From NCBI GenBank assembly GCA_950097015.1, contig CATNEN010000034.1, forward strand, positions 5,022,001-5,086,000: DNA of 64,000 nt. The letters are read 5' to 3'. This document shows, piece after piece, positions 35,948 through 50,070 of the stretch (position 1 is its first letter; each line of letters opens with the position of its first letter). The notes beneath the pieces were generated by a model. The model saw only the letters and a list, made by a program, of their open reading frames with translations. It ran no database searches and was not told where the DNA came from. A program made the translations under genes and the position numbers. The DNA is from Macrostomum hystrix. Lineage: Eukaryota; Animalia; Platyhelminthes.

Positions 35948-37448
35948 GATGCTAGATGTTCAGGTGAAATGCTTGATGTTCAGATGGGATGCTAGATGTT
36001 CAGATGGGATGCTAGATGTTCAGATGGGATGCTAGATGTTCAGATGGGATGCTAGATGTTCAGATGGGATGCTAGATGTTCAGATGGGATGCTAGATGTT
36101 CAGATGGGATGCTAGGTGTTCAGATGGGATGCTAGATGTTCAGATGGGATGCTAGATGTTCAGGTGAAATGCTTGATGTTCAGATGGGATGCTAGATGTT
36201 CAGATGGGATGATAGATGTTCAGGTGAAATGCTATATGTTCAGGTGAAATGCTAGATGTTCAGATGGGATGCTAGATGTTCAGATGGGATGATAGATGTT
36301 CAGGTGAAATGCTATATGTTCAGATGGAATGTTAGATGTTCAGATGGGATGCTAGATGTTCAGATGGGATGCTAGATGTTCAGATGGGATGCTAGATGTT
36401 CAGATGGGATGCTAGATGTTCAGATGGGATGATAGATGTTCAGGTGAAATGCTATATGTTCAGGTGAAATGCTAGATGTTCAGATGGGATGCTAGATGTT
36501 CAGATGGGATGATAGATGTTCAGGTGAAATGCTATATGTTCAGATGGAACGTTAGATGTTCAGATGGGATGATAGATGTTCAGGTGAAATGCTATATGTT
36601 CAGGTGAAATGCTAGATGTTCAGATGGGATGCTAGATGTTCAGATGGGATGATAGATGTTCAGGTGAAATGCTATATGTTCAGATGGAATGTTAGATGTT
36701 CAGATGGGATGCTAGATGTTCAGATGGGATGCTAGATGTTCAGATGGGATGCTAGATGTTCAGATGGGATGCTAGATGTTCAGATGGGATGATAGATGTT
36801 CAGGTGAAATGCTATATGTTCAGATGGAACGTTAGATGTTCAGATGGGATGATAGATGTTCAGGTGAAATGCTATATGTTCAGGTGAAATGCTAGATGTT
36901 CAGATGGGATGCTAGATGTTCAGATGGGATGATAGATGTTCAGGTGAAATGCTAGATGTTCAGATGGGATGCTAGATGTTCAGATGGGATGCTAGATGTT
37001 CAGATGGGATGCTAGATGTTCAGATGGGATCCTAGATGTTTAGATGGAATGCTAGATGTTCAGTTGAAATGCTAGATGTTCAGTTTAAATGCTAGATGTT
37101 CAGATGGGATGTTAGAGGTTCAGATGGGATGCTAGATGTTCAGATGGGATGCTAGATGTTCAGATCTGATGCTAGATGTTTAGATCTGATGCTAGATGTT
37201 CAGATCTGATGCTAGATGTTCAGATCTGATGCTAGATGTTTAGATCTGATGCTAGATGTTCAGATGGGATGTTAGATGTTCAGATGGGATGCTAGATGTT
37301 CAGATGGGGTATTAGATGTTCAGATGGGATGCTAGATGTTCAGATGGGATATTAGATGTTCAGTTGGGATGTTAGATGTTCAGAATGGATGTTAGATGTT
37401 CAGAATGGATGTTACATGTTCAGATGGGATGTTTGATGTTCAGATGGG
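35948..37448. repeat. 20-bp minisatellite GATGTTCAGATGGGATGCTA filling the SDE2-UBE3B interval
   Basis: About 75 copies with GGTGAA variants. Confidence 0.97.
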
Positions 37449-37536
37449 CTTTTAAAATAAAAGTAGTCTATTAACAAAGCTTCCGTGCATCCTCCAGCCC
37501 GCTGGTTTTTCCGCGGTATTTCCCTCGCCTGTACCA

Positions 37537-40500
37537 ATGTTCCTGCCGCCAAGTCAATGCGGCCAGGGCCAATCTGCCCTGATCGAGAAGGCCCGTCGGC
37601 AGCGTGACGAGCGTCAAGGTGAGCGACGCCGCGAACTGTCCGCCCTGCGCCTGCAGGCCTGGTTCAGAGGCCAGCGTGATCGAGTCCACCTGCGCTGTCA
37701 ACTGCGCAATGAATTTCGCGTCGCATTGTCCGCGGCTTCAATCAGCGCCGAGGATCTGCTAACAGCGGCCGCTAAATTGCTCTACGCCTTCAATCCGAGT
37801 CGAGATCTGGCAGATTTCGAAGTGCTAGCTAGGCGCCTAGTGGCCAGCGCCGAATCTGCAGCCTCGCGCTCCGCTTATCCGGCTCTGCTGCTGAAGAAGC
37901 AGCGGGCGGCAGCCTGCGCAGCGCAGCTCGGCCGACTGATGGGCGCCGGATCGGCCTGCCTTGCCGCTCTGCAGCCGGACTCGAACTCCGGCCATCTGCG
38001 CACGGCCAGTGTCTGCCTAAGTGCCCTGTTAGCATTGTCAACACCGGAGCGTTGGGCTTTCCTGTCCACTCTGCCAAATAGGGAGGCCTACCTGACTGGT
38101 CTGCGGCCACTGCTGGTCAGGGCCTACTCAGGCGCGAATGCCTCTAGTTTGTTATTGGCTGTCGGACACCTGCTCTGGCTGGGTCTGGCCCGTCAGAAAT
38201 CGCTGCTATCACCGCTGTTGCTAGGCGCCCTGCTGACTGCGGCTCTGCGGGCTGCCGACCTTGGCGGTTGGACAGCCGACCTGCTGGATGATTTTCTGCG
38301 CCACCTGCTATCCGTGCCTGGACTGGTGGCGCACGCTGCCGCAGCCGGCGATGCCGCCCTGCCTGGCCTGTTGGAGGCCGACGCTGCCGGGCGTCTAGTC
38401 GACCGGCTGGCCGCCTCCGACGCCGAGCCGCTGTGCCGTCAGCAGCCGAAGCCGCTGGACGCTGGCCGCCTGCTGTGCACCCTGGCCAATCTGGTGCAGC
38501 TGGCGCAGCTCGACCTCCGCGTACTGGCCGACCGGCTGCCGGCCTTCTGTCAGGCCGCCTCCGCCCTGCTGCGCCGTCTTCGCCGGCTAGTCGAGAACGG
38601 ACGCGCTGCCTCCAGCACCAGCTGGCACCCGGTGCTTGGCTGGTTCGCTCATCCGTGCGACCGCGGCCTCCAAGAGTCCATGCCAACCGTTGCTAAGCAG
38701 CTGCAGCTGCTCTGCGGCGCCAAGATGGTTCGCCTCCTGTTTGCTGACCTGCTCGGCTACGAGGTGTTCAGTCTGCGTTTTCACGACGAGCTGGCCGCTG
38801 GCGGCAGCGGCGGCGGCGGTGGCGGCTCCAGCGGCAGCGGGATCAGCATCAAACGGCCAACATTTCGCCTGCTGAAAGGCTCCTCCTCGTCATCGAAGTC
38901 GTCCTCGTCTACTTTGCCGACTCCGGCTGGGGCCGGGGCCGCGCCGGCTCCTGTGCAGGAACTGGCCGGCTTGCGGCTGACGGACACTGGCAGCGTTGCC
39001 GGCTCCTCCGGCAGCAAGCGGCAGCAGCAGCAGCAGTGCTGCTGGCTTCGTCATTCAGCTGAGACTGCCTGCCAGCTCTATCTGCGCGCGAGCCGGGCCC
39101 TCTCACAGATGCGCAATGACGTCCTCGGAGCCCTGTGGATGGGCGACCTGCCCAGGCGACTGTGGCGCCTTGTCCAAGCCTGCGGCAGCGCCGCCGACTG
39201 GGCGTCCGCAGCCAGCGCCGCAGCTGCCGAGACGGCCGACCGAACCAGCTGGGAGGACTCGGCAACCGGCGGGCCGCTGCACCTACTCACACTTTTCTGC
39301 GAGAGTCTGGCCGCCCTGCTCACCGTTCTAGACGATGTTGAACTATTTGAGCAGGAGCGCTGCCTACAGCTCGCCGAGTTGGCCTCGTTGGCCGCCTTTC
39401 TCAATCGATTCGTTTATTCGCACGTCTGCACAGTGGGGCCCGATGTGGCCAATGCTGGCCCGGCCTTTCAGGTGAGCTGTCTCTGCCTTATGGAAAATTT
39501 TCCTTATCTGTCACTCCCTGCCATTCCTTATCTGTCACTCCCTGCCATTCCTTATCTGTCACTCCCTGCCATTCCTTATCTGTCACTCCCTGCCATTCCT
39601 TATCTGTCACTCCCTGCCATTCCTTATCTGTCACTCCCTGCCATTCCTTATCAGTCACTCCCTGCCATTCCTTATCTGTCACTCACTGCCATTCCTTATC
39701 TGTCACTCCCTGCCATTCCTTATCAGTCACTCCCTGCCATTCCTTATCTGTCACTTCCCTCAGGCCGCACTCCGCCTGCTAGCTGTGTTGCACACGAAGG
39801 ACACTCGGCATCCTTTCTGCCCGCCGGCCGCCTGGCTAATACCCGGCCTGAAGCCCAACGCATTCCTTGCCGATTTGGAGCGTGAGCGACCGGCCGCTCA
39901 GTTCCTGCTTCGTGCCTGTCCGCACGTGCTGCCTCTGCGTGATCGAATCAGCCTATTCCGCCGTCTGGTCAGATCGGATAAGTTTGCGCTCGGCCTGCTG
40001 GCCCAGGAGATGCCGCCTTCGACACTGATTGTAGTCCGACGCAGTCAGCTAGTTGAAGACGGCTATCGACAGTTGGCCGCACTGCCGGTGCCCAAGCTCA
40101 AGGGTGTTGTGCGAGTTAGATTCGTCAACGATTTGGGCCTAGACGAGGCTGGTATTGATCAGGATGGCGTCTTTAAGGTAAATTTGTTCACCTATTAAAG
40201 TGGATTGAGCATGTGGTGGAGGCGGAATATGGTAACTAGTGTTATAGGTAAATTTATAGGCATTGAACTATTTATTGCATCAGGCTTGTTGGCTATCTGC
40301 TAATTCTAGCAGAATGTGATTTGGCTGTGAGGTAATTACCTCTGGAGGTGATTTGGCTGTGAGGTAATTATCTCTGGAGGTGATTTGGCTGTGAGGTAAT
40401 TATCTCTGGAGGTGATTTGGCTGTGAGGTAATTATCTCTGGAGGTGATTTGGCTGTGAGGTAATTATCTCTGGAGTTGATTTGGCTGTGATGTAATTATC

Positions 40501-42492
40501 TCTGGAGTTGATTTAGCTGTGAGGTAATTACCTCTGGAGGTGATTTAGCTGTGAGGTAATTATCTCTGGAGGTGATTTGGCTGTGAGGTAATTACCACTG
40601 GAGGTGATTTGGCTGTGAGGTAATTACCACTGGAGGTGATTTGGCTGTGAGGTAATTACCACTGGAGGTGATTTGGCTGTGAGGTAATTATCTCTGGAGT
40701 TGATTTGGCTGTGAGGTAATTATCTCTGGAGTTGATTTGGCTGTGAGGTAATTACCACTGGAGGTGATTTGGCTGTGAGGTAGTTATCTCTGGAGTTGAT
40801 TTGGCTGTGAGGTAATTATCTCTGGAGTTGATTTGGCTGTGAGGTAATTACCTCTGGAGGTGATTTGGCTGTGAGGTAATTATCGCATTAAGCGGATGCT
40901 AATCGTGTAGTAATTTATCATGATCAAATTATTGGTTGCAGGAATTCCTTGAGGAAATCCTACGCCGCGTGCTGGATCCAAGCCTGAACCTGTTCAAGGC
41001 CACCGATGACCAGCGCCTGTACCCCAGCCCAACCTCCTGTGTGCAGGAGAATCACCTCCTACTGTTCGAGTTTGTCGGCCGGCTCCTAGGCAAAGCTGTA
41101 TACGAAGGCATCGTGGTTGACGTCGCCTTCGCCACATTCTTCCTAACCCAGATGCTCGATAGGCAGCGGTCTTCATTTTACAGCTTTATAGACGAGTTGG
41201 CTAGTCTGGACGCCATGCTGTACAAGAACCTCACCTTTATCAAGCATTATGAGGGCGACCTGTCTGAGCTGGAGCTCACCTTCAGCTATGACGAGGATGT
41301 GATGGGTCAGGTAAGTTTCTTTTTACAATTCGGATTTAATACCCTTCAGGCGGATATGAAAAACCTTCAGGTGGATCTTAAAAACCTTCAGGCGAATCTA
41401 AAAATCTTCAGGTGGAGTTAAAACATTCTGATAAATATTGAAAACCTTCAGGCGGATCTGAATAAACCTTCAGGCGGATCTGAGTAAACCTTCAAGCGGA
41501 TCTGAATAAACCTTCAGGCAGGTCTGAATAAACCTTCAGGCGGATCTGAATAAACCTTCAGGAGGATCTGAGTAAACCTTCAAGCGGATCTGAATAAACC
41601 TTCAGGCGGATCTGAATAAACCTTCAGGCGGATCTGAATAAACCTTCAGGCAGATCTAAATAAACCTTCAGGCGAATCTAAAAATCTTCAGGTGGAATTA
41701 AAACATTCTGATGAATATTGAAAACCTTCAGGTGGGCTTTTTTACTTTTAAAAACAGTTAAATATAAGCCATTCGCCCTATCCTCAGGTGGTCACGCACG
41801 ACCTTGTGCCTGGCGGCCGATTCGTCGCCCTAACCAATGAGAATCGATTCAGCTACGTACACCTCATGGCCAATCTGCGCATGCACGTACAGATAAGGCA
41901 GCAGGTTTCCGCTTTTCTGCGCGGCTTTCGTCAGCTGGTCAGCGCTGATTGGCTGCGAATGTTCAGCCCGCCTGAGCTGCAGTGCCTAATCGCTGGAGAG
42001 GCCACGGATATCGACCTGGAGGACCTCAAGCAGCATGTCAGGTATTGGCCTGCGAGAATGCAATGTTTATTGATGCCTACTGATAGTAGTTAAATCTACC
42101 CGCATAGGTACTACGGCGGATTCCACAGCGGCCACCGCGTCATTCAGTGGCTCTGGGAGGTGCTTGAACGCGACTTCACCGCAGCCGAGCGGGCTCTATT
42201 CCTCAAATTCGTCACCTCCTGTTCGCGCCCGCCTCTGTTGGGCTTCGCACATCTGCAGCCGCCGCTGTCGATTCGCTGCGTTGAAGTGGCCGAAGATCAG
42301 GACACCGGGGACACCCTGGGCACGGTGCTCAAGGGCTTCTTCCGCATCCGGTCCGGCCGGGACGCCCAGCGTTTGCCAACATCCTCGACCTGCTTCAATC
42401 TGTTGAAGCTGCCCAACTATGCTAAGAAGACCACACTGCGGGACAAGCTCAGATATGCCATCTCTAGTCATTCGGGCTTTGAGCTCAGTTGA
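37537..42492 (+). CDS. UBE3B: HECT E3 ubiquitin ligase UBE3B, ~1118 aa, 5 exons
   Basis: Exons 37537-39471, 39764-40177, 40942-41310, 41788-42041 and 42108-42492 total 3357 nt with consistent phases. N-terminal IQ motif [13 protein letters not shown] motifs [22 protein letters not shown] and [15 protein letters not shown]; ends GFELS. Gly/Ser-rich insertion at ~38790-39050. Confidence 0.95.
39502..39757. repeat. 24-bp minisatellite CCTTATCTGTCACTCCCTGCCATT (UBE3B intron 1)
   Basis: About 10 copies; the last merges into the acceptor. Confidence 0.95.
40318..40884. repeat. 32-bp minisatellite GAGGTAATTATCTCTGGAGGTGATTTGGCTGT (UBE3B intron 2)
   Basis: About 17 copies. Confidence 0.95.
41352..41733. 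repeat. 22-bp minisatellite AAACCTTCAGGCGGATCTGAAT (UBE3B intron 3)
   Basis: Tandem copies bracketed by a ~70-bp direct repeat (~41383 and ~41662). Confidence 0.92.
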
Positions 42493-42781
42493 ATTTCATT
42501 TTCATTTAGATTTTCACCATTTATACTTCAAAATGATATCTTGTACTTTTCTATACATATCGGCTATTGTACGCGCATTTTTTCTCTAAATAATTATGTG
42601 TTCACGGGCTTAGAGAATCGCTTGTAGCTCGCCACACAAATTGACTTTTGACTTTTGGGACCCTTGGGATTTTGAGAGTCGCAGCTGGAATCGCAGCAAG
42701 AACTCGGTAAAGTTGCTCGCTTGGCAAGTATGATAAATAGAAAGGCGAGAATCAACATTTAACGACGCGTTTCGCACAACA

Positions 42782-45728
42782 GCAAGAACTAGAACTAGCA
42801 GCAAGAACTAGAATGGAGAATCGTAGCTAGAATTAAATCTAGAATCGAAGGGAGAGTCGCAGCTGGAATCGCAGCAAGAATTAGAAAGGAGAATCGTAGC
42901 CAGAATTAATTCTAGAATCGAAGGGAGAGTCGCAGCTGGAATCGCAGCAAGAATTAGAAAGGAGAATCGTAGCTAGAATTAAATCTAGAATCGAAGGGAG
43001 AGTCGCAGCTGGAATCGCAGCAAGTATTAGAAAGGAGAATCGTAGCTAGAATTAATTCTAGAATCGAAGGGAGAGTCGCAGCTGGAATCGCAGCAAGAAT
43101 TGGAAAGGAGAATCGTAGCTAGAATTAATTCTAGAATCGAAGGGAGAGTCGCAGCTGGAATCGCCGCAAGAACTAGAAAGGAGAATCGTAGCTAGAATTA
43201 ATTCTAGAATCGAAGGGAGAGTCGCAGCTGGAATCGCAGCAAGAATTAGAAAGGAGAATCGTAGCCAGAATTAATTCTAGAATCGAAGGGAGAGTCGCAG
43301 CTGGAATCGCAGCAAGAATTAGAAAGGAGAATCGTAGCTAGAATTAATTCTAGAATCGAAGGGAGAGTCGCAGCTGGAATCGCAGCAAGAACTAGAAAGG
43401 AGAATCCTAGCCAGAATTAAATCTAAAATCGAAGGGAGAGTCGCAGCTGGAATCGCAGCAAGAACTAGAAAGGAGAATCGTAGCTAGAATTAATTCTAGA
43501 ATCGAAGTGAGAGTCGCAGCAAGAATTGGAAAGGAGAATCGTAGCTAGAATTAAATCTAGAATCGAAGGGAGAGTCGCAGCTGGAATCGCAGCAAGTATT
43601 AGAAAGGAGAATCGTAGCTAGAATTAATTCTAGAATCGAAGGGAGAGTCGCAGCTGGAATCGCAGCAAGAATTATAAATAAGAATTGTAGCCAGAATTAA
43701 TTCTAGAATCGAAGGGAGAGTCGCAGCAAGAATTGGAAAGGAGAATCGTAGCTAGAATTAAATCTAGAATCGAAGTGAGAGTCGCAGCAAGAATTGGAAA
43801 GGAGAATCGTAGCTAGAATTAATTCTAGAATCGAAGGGAGAGTCGCAGCTGGAATCGCAGCAAGTATTAGAAAGGAGAATCGTAGCTAGAATTAATTCTA
43901 GAATCGAAGGGAGAGTCGCAGCTGGAATCGCAGCAAGAATTATAAATAAGAATCGTAGCCAGAATTTATTCTAGAATCGAAGGGAGAGTCGCAGCTGGAA
44001 TCGCAGCAAGAATTGGAAAGGAGAATCGTAGCTAGAATTAATTCTAGAATCGAAGGGAGAGTCGCAGCTGGAATCGCAGCAAGAATTGGAAAGGAGAATC
44101 GTAGCTAGAATTAAATCTAGAATCGAAGGGAGAGTCGCAGCTGGAATCGCCGCAATAATTGGAAAGGAGAATCGTAGCTAGAATTAATTCTAGAATCGAA
44201 GCGAGAGTCGCAGCTGGAATCACAGCAATAATTGGAAAGGAGAATCGTAGCTAGAATTAATTCTAGAATCGAAGGGAGAGTCGCAGCTGGAATCGCAGCA
44301 AGAATTGGAAAGGAGAATCGTAGCTAGAATTAATTCTAGAATCGAAGGGAGAGTCGCAGCTGGAATCGCCGCAAGAACTAGAAAGGAGAATCGTAGCTAG
44401 AATTAATTCTAGAATCGAAGGGAGAGTCGCAGCTGGAATCGCAGCAAGAATTAGAAAGGAGAATCGTAGCTAGAATTAAATCTAGAATCGAAGGGAGAGT
44501 CGCAGCTGGAATCGCAGCAAGAATTAGAAAGGAGAATCGTAGCTAGAATTAATTCTAGAATCGAAGGGAGAGTCGCAGCTGGAATCGCCGCAAGAACTAG
44601 AAAGGAGAATCGTAGCTAGAATTAATTCTAGAATCGAAGGGAGAGTCGCAGCTGGAATCGCAGCAAGAATTAGAAAGGAGAATCGTAGCTAGAATTAAAT
44701 CTAGAATCGAAGGGAGAGTCGCAGCTGGAATCGCAGCAAGAATTATAAATAAGAATCGTAGCCAGAATTAATTCTAGAATCGAAGGGAGAGTCGCAGCTG
44801 GAATCGCAGCAAGAATTATAAATAAGAATCGTAGCCAGAATTAATTCTAGAATCGAAGTGAGAGTCGCAGCAAGAATTGGAAAGGAGAATCGTAGCTAGA
44901 ATTAATTCTAGAATCGAAGGGAGAGTCGCAGCTGGAATCGCAGCAAGTATTAGAAAAGAGAATCGTAGCTAGAATTAATTCTAGAATCGAAGGGAGAGTC
45001 GCAGCTGGAATCGCAGCAAGAATTAGAAAGGAGAATCGTAGCTAGAATTAAATCTAGAATCGAAGGGAGAGTCGCAGCTGGAATCGCAGCAAGAATTATA
45101 AATAAGAATCGTGGCCAGAATTAATTCTAGAATCGAAGGGAGAGTCGCAGTAAGAATTATAAATAAGAATTGTAGCCAGAATTAATTCTAGAATCGAAGG
45201 GAGAGTCGCAGCTGGAATCGCAGCAAGAATTATAAATAAGAATCGTAGCCAGAATTAATTCTAGAATCGAAGGGAGAGTCGCAGCTGGAATCGCAGCAAG
45301 AATTATAAAGGAGAATTGTGGCTAGAATTTATTCTAGAATCGAAGGGAGAGTCGCAGCTGGAATCGCAGCAAGAATTATAAATGACAATCGTAGCCAGAA
45401 TTAATTCTAGAATCGAAGGGAGAGTCGCAGCTGGAATCGCAGCAAGAATTATAAATGACAATCGTAGCCAGAATTAATTCTAGAATCGAAGGGAGAGTCG
45501 CAGCTGGAATCGCAGCAAGAATTATAAATAAGAATCGTGGCCAGAATTAATTCTAGAATCGAAGGGAGAGTCGCAGCTGGAATCGCAGCAAGAATTATAA
45601 ATGACAATCGTAGCCAGAATTAATTCTAGAATCGAAGGGAGAGTCGCAGCTGGAATCGCAGCAAGAATTATAAATGACAATCGTAGCCAGAATTAATTCT
45701 AGAATCGAAGGGAGAGTCGCAGCAAGAA
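42782..45728. repeat. 73-bp satellite with an internal 16-bp palindrome CTAGAATTAATTCTAG
   Basis: About 40 copies; some carry a 12-bp deletion. Confidence 0.96.
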
Positions 45729-46116
45729 TTGCAATCAAGAATTTTGGCTATAGCAGGTGCCATAAATATATAATAATTAAGAACTAGTATTTTATACTAG
45801 TATTACTTATATATTTGCCTATATAAACAATTTTCTATCTCATCGTGCTTAGTTTGTTATCTCCTATCTCCATATGCATTCTTGCACCCATTTGATTAAT
45901 ATTGATTTCTATCGTTAAATTATAGTTGATTATTTTCGACCAAAAAATTCAATTTGTATTAATCCGCTTTACCGAATTTTGTATCGGAAAACACCCTTCA
46001 TCACTTATTTGCCGCTGACAACAAATTTGATTTACCTGTCCCTAATGCCATGAATTAATTTTATTCCTACACCGGCTGTGATTTCAGATGTTAGACTAAA
46101 CATCAGGTGGTAGTAA

Positions 46117-47975
46117 CAGCTGATTCACTGAAGAATTGTTGTGAACAGCAGCTGATTCACTGAAGAATTGGTGTGAACAGCAGCTGATTCACTGAAGAAT
46201 TGGTGTGAACAGCAGCTGATTACCTGAAGAATTGGTGTGAACAGCAGCTGATTCACTGAAGAATTGTTGTGAACAGCAGCTGATTCACTGAAGAATTGTT
46301 GTGAACAGCAGCTGATTCACTGAAGAATTGTTGTGAACAGCAGCTGATTCACTGAAGAATTGGTGTGAACAGCAGCTGATTACATGAAGAATTGGTGTGA
46401 ACAGCAGCTGATTACATGAAGAATTGGTGTGAACAGCAGCTGATTACATGAAGAATTGGTGTGAACAGCAGCTGATTACATGAAGAATTGGTGTGAACAG
46501 CAGCTGATTCACTGAAGAATTGTTGTGAACAGCAGCTGATTCACTGAAGAATTGGTGTGAACAGGAGCTGATTACCTGAAGAATTGGTGTGAACAGCAGC
46601 TGATTACCTGAAGAATTGGTGTGAACAGCAGCTGATTCACTGAAGAATTGTTGTGAACAGCAGCTGATTCACTGAAGAATTGTTGTGAACAGCAGCTGAT
46701 TCACTGAAGAATTGTTGTGAACAGCAGCTGATTACATGAAGAATTGGTGTGAACAGCAGCTGATTACATGAAGAATTGTTGTGAACAGCAGCTGATTCAC
46801 TGAAGAATTGGTGTGAACAGCAGCTGATTACATGAAGAATTGGTGTGAACAGCAGCTGATTACATGAAGAATTGTTGTGAACAGCAGCTGATTACATGAA
46901 GAATTGGTGTGAACAGCAGCTGATTCACTGAAGAATTGTTGTGAACAGCAGCTGATTCACTGAAGAATTGTTGTGAACAGCAGCTGATTCACTGAAGAAT
47001 TGTTGTGAACAGCAGCTGATTCACTGAAGAATTGTTGTGAACAGCAGCTGATTCACTGAAGAATTGTTGTGAACAGCAGCTGATTACATGAAGAATTGGT
47101 GTGAACAGCAGCTGATTACAAGAAGAATTGGTGTGAACAGCAGCTGATTACATGAAGAATTGTTGTGAACAGCAGCTGATTACATGAAGAATTGGTGTGA
47201 ACAGCAGCTGATTACATGAAGAATTGGTGTGAACAGCAGCTGATTCACTGAAGAATTGTTGTGAACAGCAGCTGATTACATGAAGAATTGGTGTGAACAG
47301 CAGCTGATTACATGAAGAATTGGTGTGAACAGCAGCTGATTACATGAAGAATTGGTGTGAACAGCAGCTGATTACATGAAGAATTGTTGTGAACAGCAGC
47401 TGATTACATGAAGAATTGGTGTGAACAGCAGCTGATTACAAGAAGAATTGGTGTGAACAGCAGCTGATTACATGAAGAATTGGTGTGAACAGCAGCTGAT
47501 TACATGAAGAATTGTTGTGAACAGCAGCTGATTCACTGAAGAATTGTTGTGAACAGCAGCTGATTACATGAAGAATTGGTGTGAACAGCAGCTGATTACA
47601 TGAAGAATTGGTGTGAACAGCAGCTGATTACATGAAGAATTGGTGTGAACAGCAGCTGATTACATGAAGAATTGGTGTGAACAGCAGCTGATTACATGAA
47701 GAATTGGTGTGAACAGCAGCTGATTACATGAAGAATTGTTGTGAACAGCAGCTGATTACATGAAGAATTGTTGTGAACAGCAGCTGATTACATGAAGAAT
47801 TGTTGTGAACAGCAGCTGATTACATGAAGAATTGGTGTGAACAGCAGCTGATTACATGAAGAATTGGTGTGAACAGCAGCTGATTACATGAAGAATTGGT
47901 GTGAACAGCAGCTGATTACATGAAGAATTGGTGTGAACAGCAGCTGATTACATGAAGAATTGGTGTGAACAGCAG
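46117..47975. repeat. 32-bp minisatellite CAGCAGCTGATT(CAC/ACA)TGAAGAATTG(G/T)TGTGAA
   Basis: About 58 copies with two near-binary variant sites. Confidence 0.97.
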
Positions 47976-50070
47976 TTTCAGTGGCTAAAAGTACATACTT
48001 GGGTTCTACCCAAATTCAGAACGTCGCGTTTATAAGTTACTTATTGATTACTTTGCGTTTGCAGATAAATTCGTATTATAATATCGGTTTAACAATTGTA
48101 TACAAATACTTCAGCTTGTAATAATGTTTTACCTTATTAATGAAGTTTTCGTTAATTAAAGCTCAGTAAAATGTAAAATACTGTATTTATAAATTTAGTC
48201 ACGTTTTTTGTAAAGCGCAAAAATTATATGTATGCTTTTTTCTGTGGATTTTTGTTGAAATGTTTATGGATTTCTTATAGTTTTACTATTCGTTGCTTTC
48301 ATCGCTTATCAAATTTGTTGAATAATCTATAACAATCCAATGCCTGTAGTAATCTCTGCTTATTTTATTCAAGAATTTTGTGGTCTCTGTCTCTTGATGA
48401 AATTGAATAGCAAGAAATATATTCTAATAATTTTTGTGTAAATTATTTATTAATGAGCATAACTGAACTTCTACTGTCATTTGCTGTTGTTGAATTATTA
48501 TATTTCTACTTAGTAAGTAGGCAGTCGTGCATAGGAAAATAGTTTTTAACATTTGTGCTTTTACAATTAGTGCACAGATAGCTGGTTCTGTTTAGTGTTT
48601 GAGCGTGTTGGCTCAATGAGCACACAATGAGATCCAATAGCAACCTACACCACCCCCACCGCTTGTGAAACTGCCTTGCCAACAAACGTTTGGGGCTTGG
48701 ATCGACAACGTTTACTTAGTAAATGACAGTTTTTTAATAGTATTTTTAGCACTGCGTGTAGGCCTCTAAAGGCTTATTAGCCTAATAATGTCAGTAGTTG
48801 TTAGGTGCAATTATTATTTGGAGAAGGGCTGAGGGCAATGGTACATCATTTAGTGACAGTAGACCGGCAGCCAGCGAGGAGGCAATTCTGCCCATTCCAC
48901 TGACTCCTGAGCACACACGCACACAGATACTGTACGCAGGCATACACAGGTGTGTACATCTGCCCTGAACTTCTCATCGTCAGGTAGTGTACACTTGACT
49001 GTGCCTTGGAGATTGGCCCTCAATGGCGTAAATTGAAAATTGCACGACAAGCCCCCAAGCCTTCTCTCCGCGGCTGCGCCTTAAGTGAATGTGGCCTCGC
49101 TGCGGAATCGAGCTCAGTGACATTGGTGCGAGAGGCCGTTAGCCGCTCTGCCGACGACTCCATTCATGAAAAAAGGATGTTCAGTCCATGGACTGGAGAA
49201 GCCTACACACCCACCCAGATTTCTTCCCCAGATACTTCTTGGTGAACTTAATTATGGGGAATTTCTTACTATGTCTTGCTCAAGCTCAGAAAGATGTTTG
49301 TTCTTGAAAAGAGAGAGAAAGAGTTTCGAACTCCCGACCTCTCTGCCGAAATGTCCGAAGCTCTGACCACTTGGCTGCAAGCAAACTGTCTTTCTAATCA
49401 TAGAAGATGGGACGGAACATTCTCGCGAGTCCCTCGCCTGTCTCTCTCCGCTCTCGCCCCCGCATTTTCCAACAGGCAATGATAGTTGCTGCTAGACCAG
49501 CAAATATCGTCCATCGCCACTTTCTCCCCTAGCTGCCTCTCCCTCATCCTCTTATCTATCTTTGTTCGTCTGAGGGTTGGGCAGAGGGGATCTGGCGCTC
49601 AATTCTCCCCTCCCCTTCTCAACTCCTCTTTCCGGGCTGAGTTGGCATAGATTCCGACACGCCTACGCAGTTTTCTATTATTATATTTCTAGTCGAAGGT
49701 TGCCAACAGAACCGGTTCCGCGTGGGCCGGCTGTCTGCTGAGTGCCTGGCTGGCATAGCTAAACACCAATTCATGCGTACCATTTCGCATTGATTGCTTG
49801 GTTAATCAGTTGAATAGAGGGTTGTTGTTTGCTATTTGCTATTGGCATCGGTTGCTGGGAGCACCTAATCTCAGCTGCTCATCCCATTGTTATTCGTTGA
49901 TGTCGCTTTTTCCAGAATTAATTTTTTCTCTGTCAGTTTTTCAGTTCCCTCCCCCCCCAATTTTATTTTAGGGTACTAAATTGCTTTGACAATTGCGGAC
50001 ACACATGCAAATTACCCTCAACGATTTTCAGGATAACATACATTTTCACTGCTCTCGAGAGTTTTCTTAT

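Noticed and set aside
39472-39885. C-terminal PYLSLPAI repeats of the 782-aa ORF
   Set aside because: Read-through into UBE3B intron 1; the spliced model restores conserved sequence.
42782-47975. Regular arrays as possible CRISPR
   Set aside because: No unique spacers, no cas genes, eukaryotic context.
48850-49500. Short ORFs between the satellites
   Set aside because: Overlapping, unrecognisable and without consistent splice phases.
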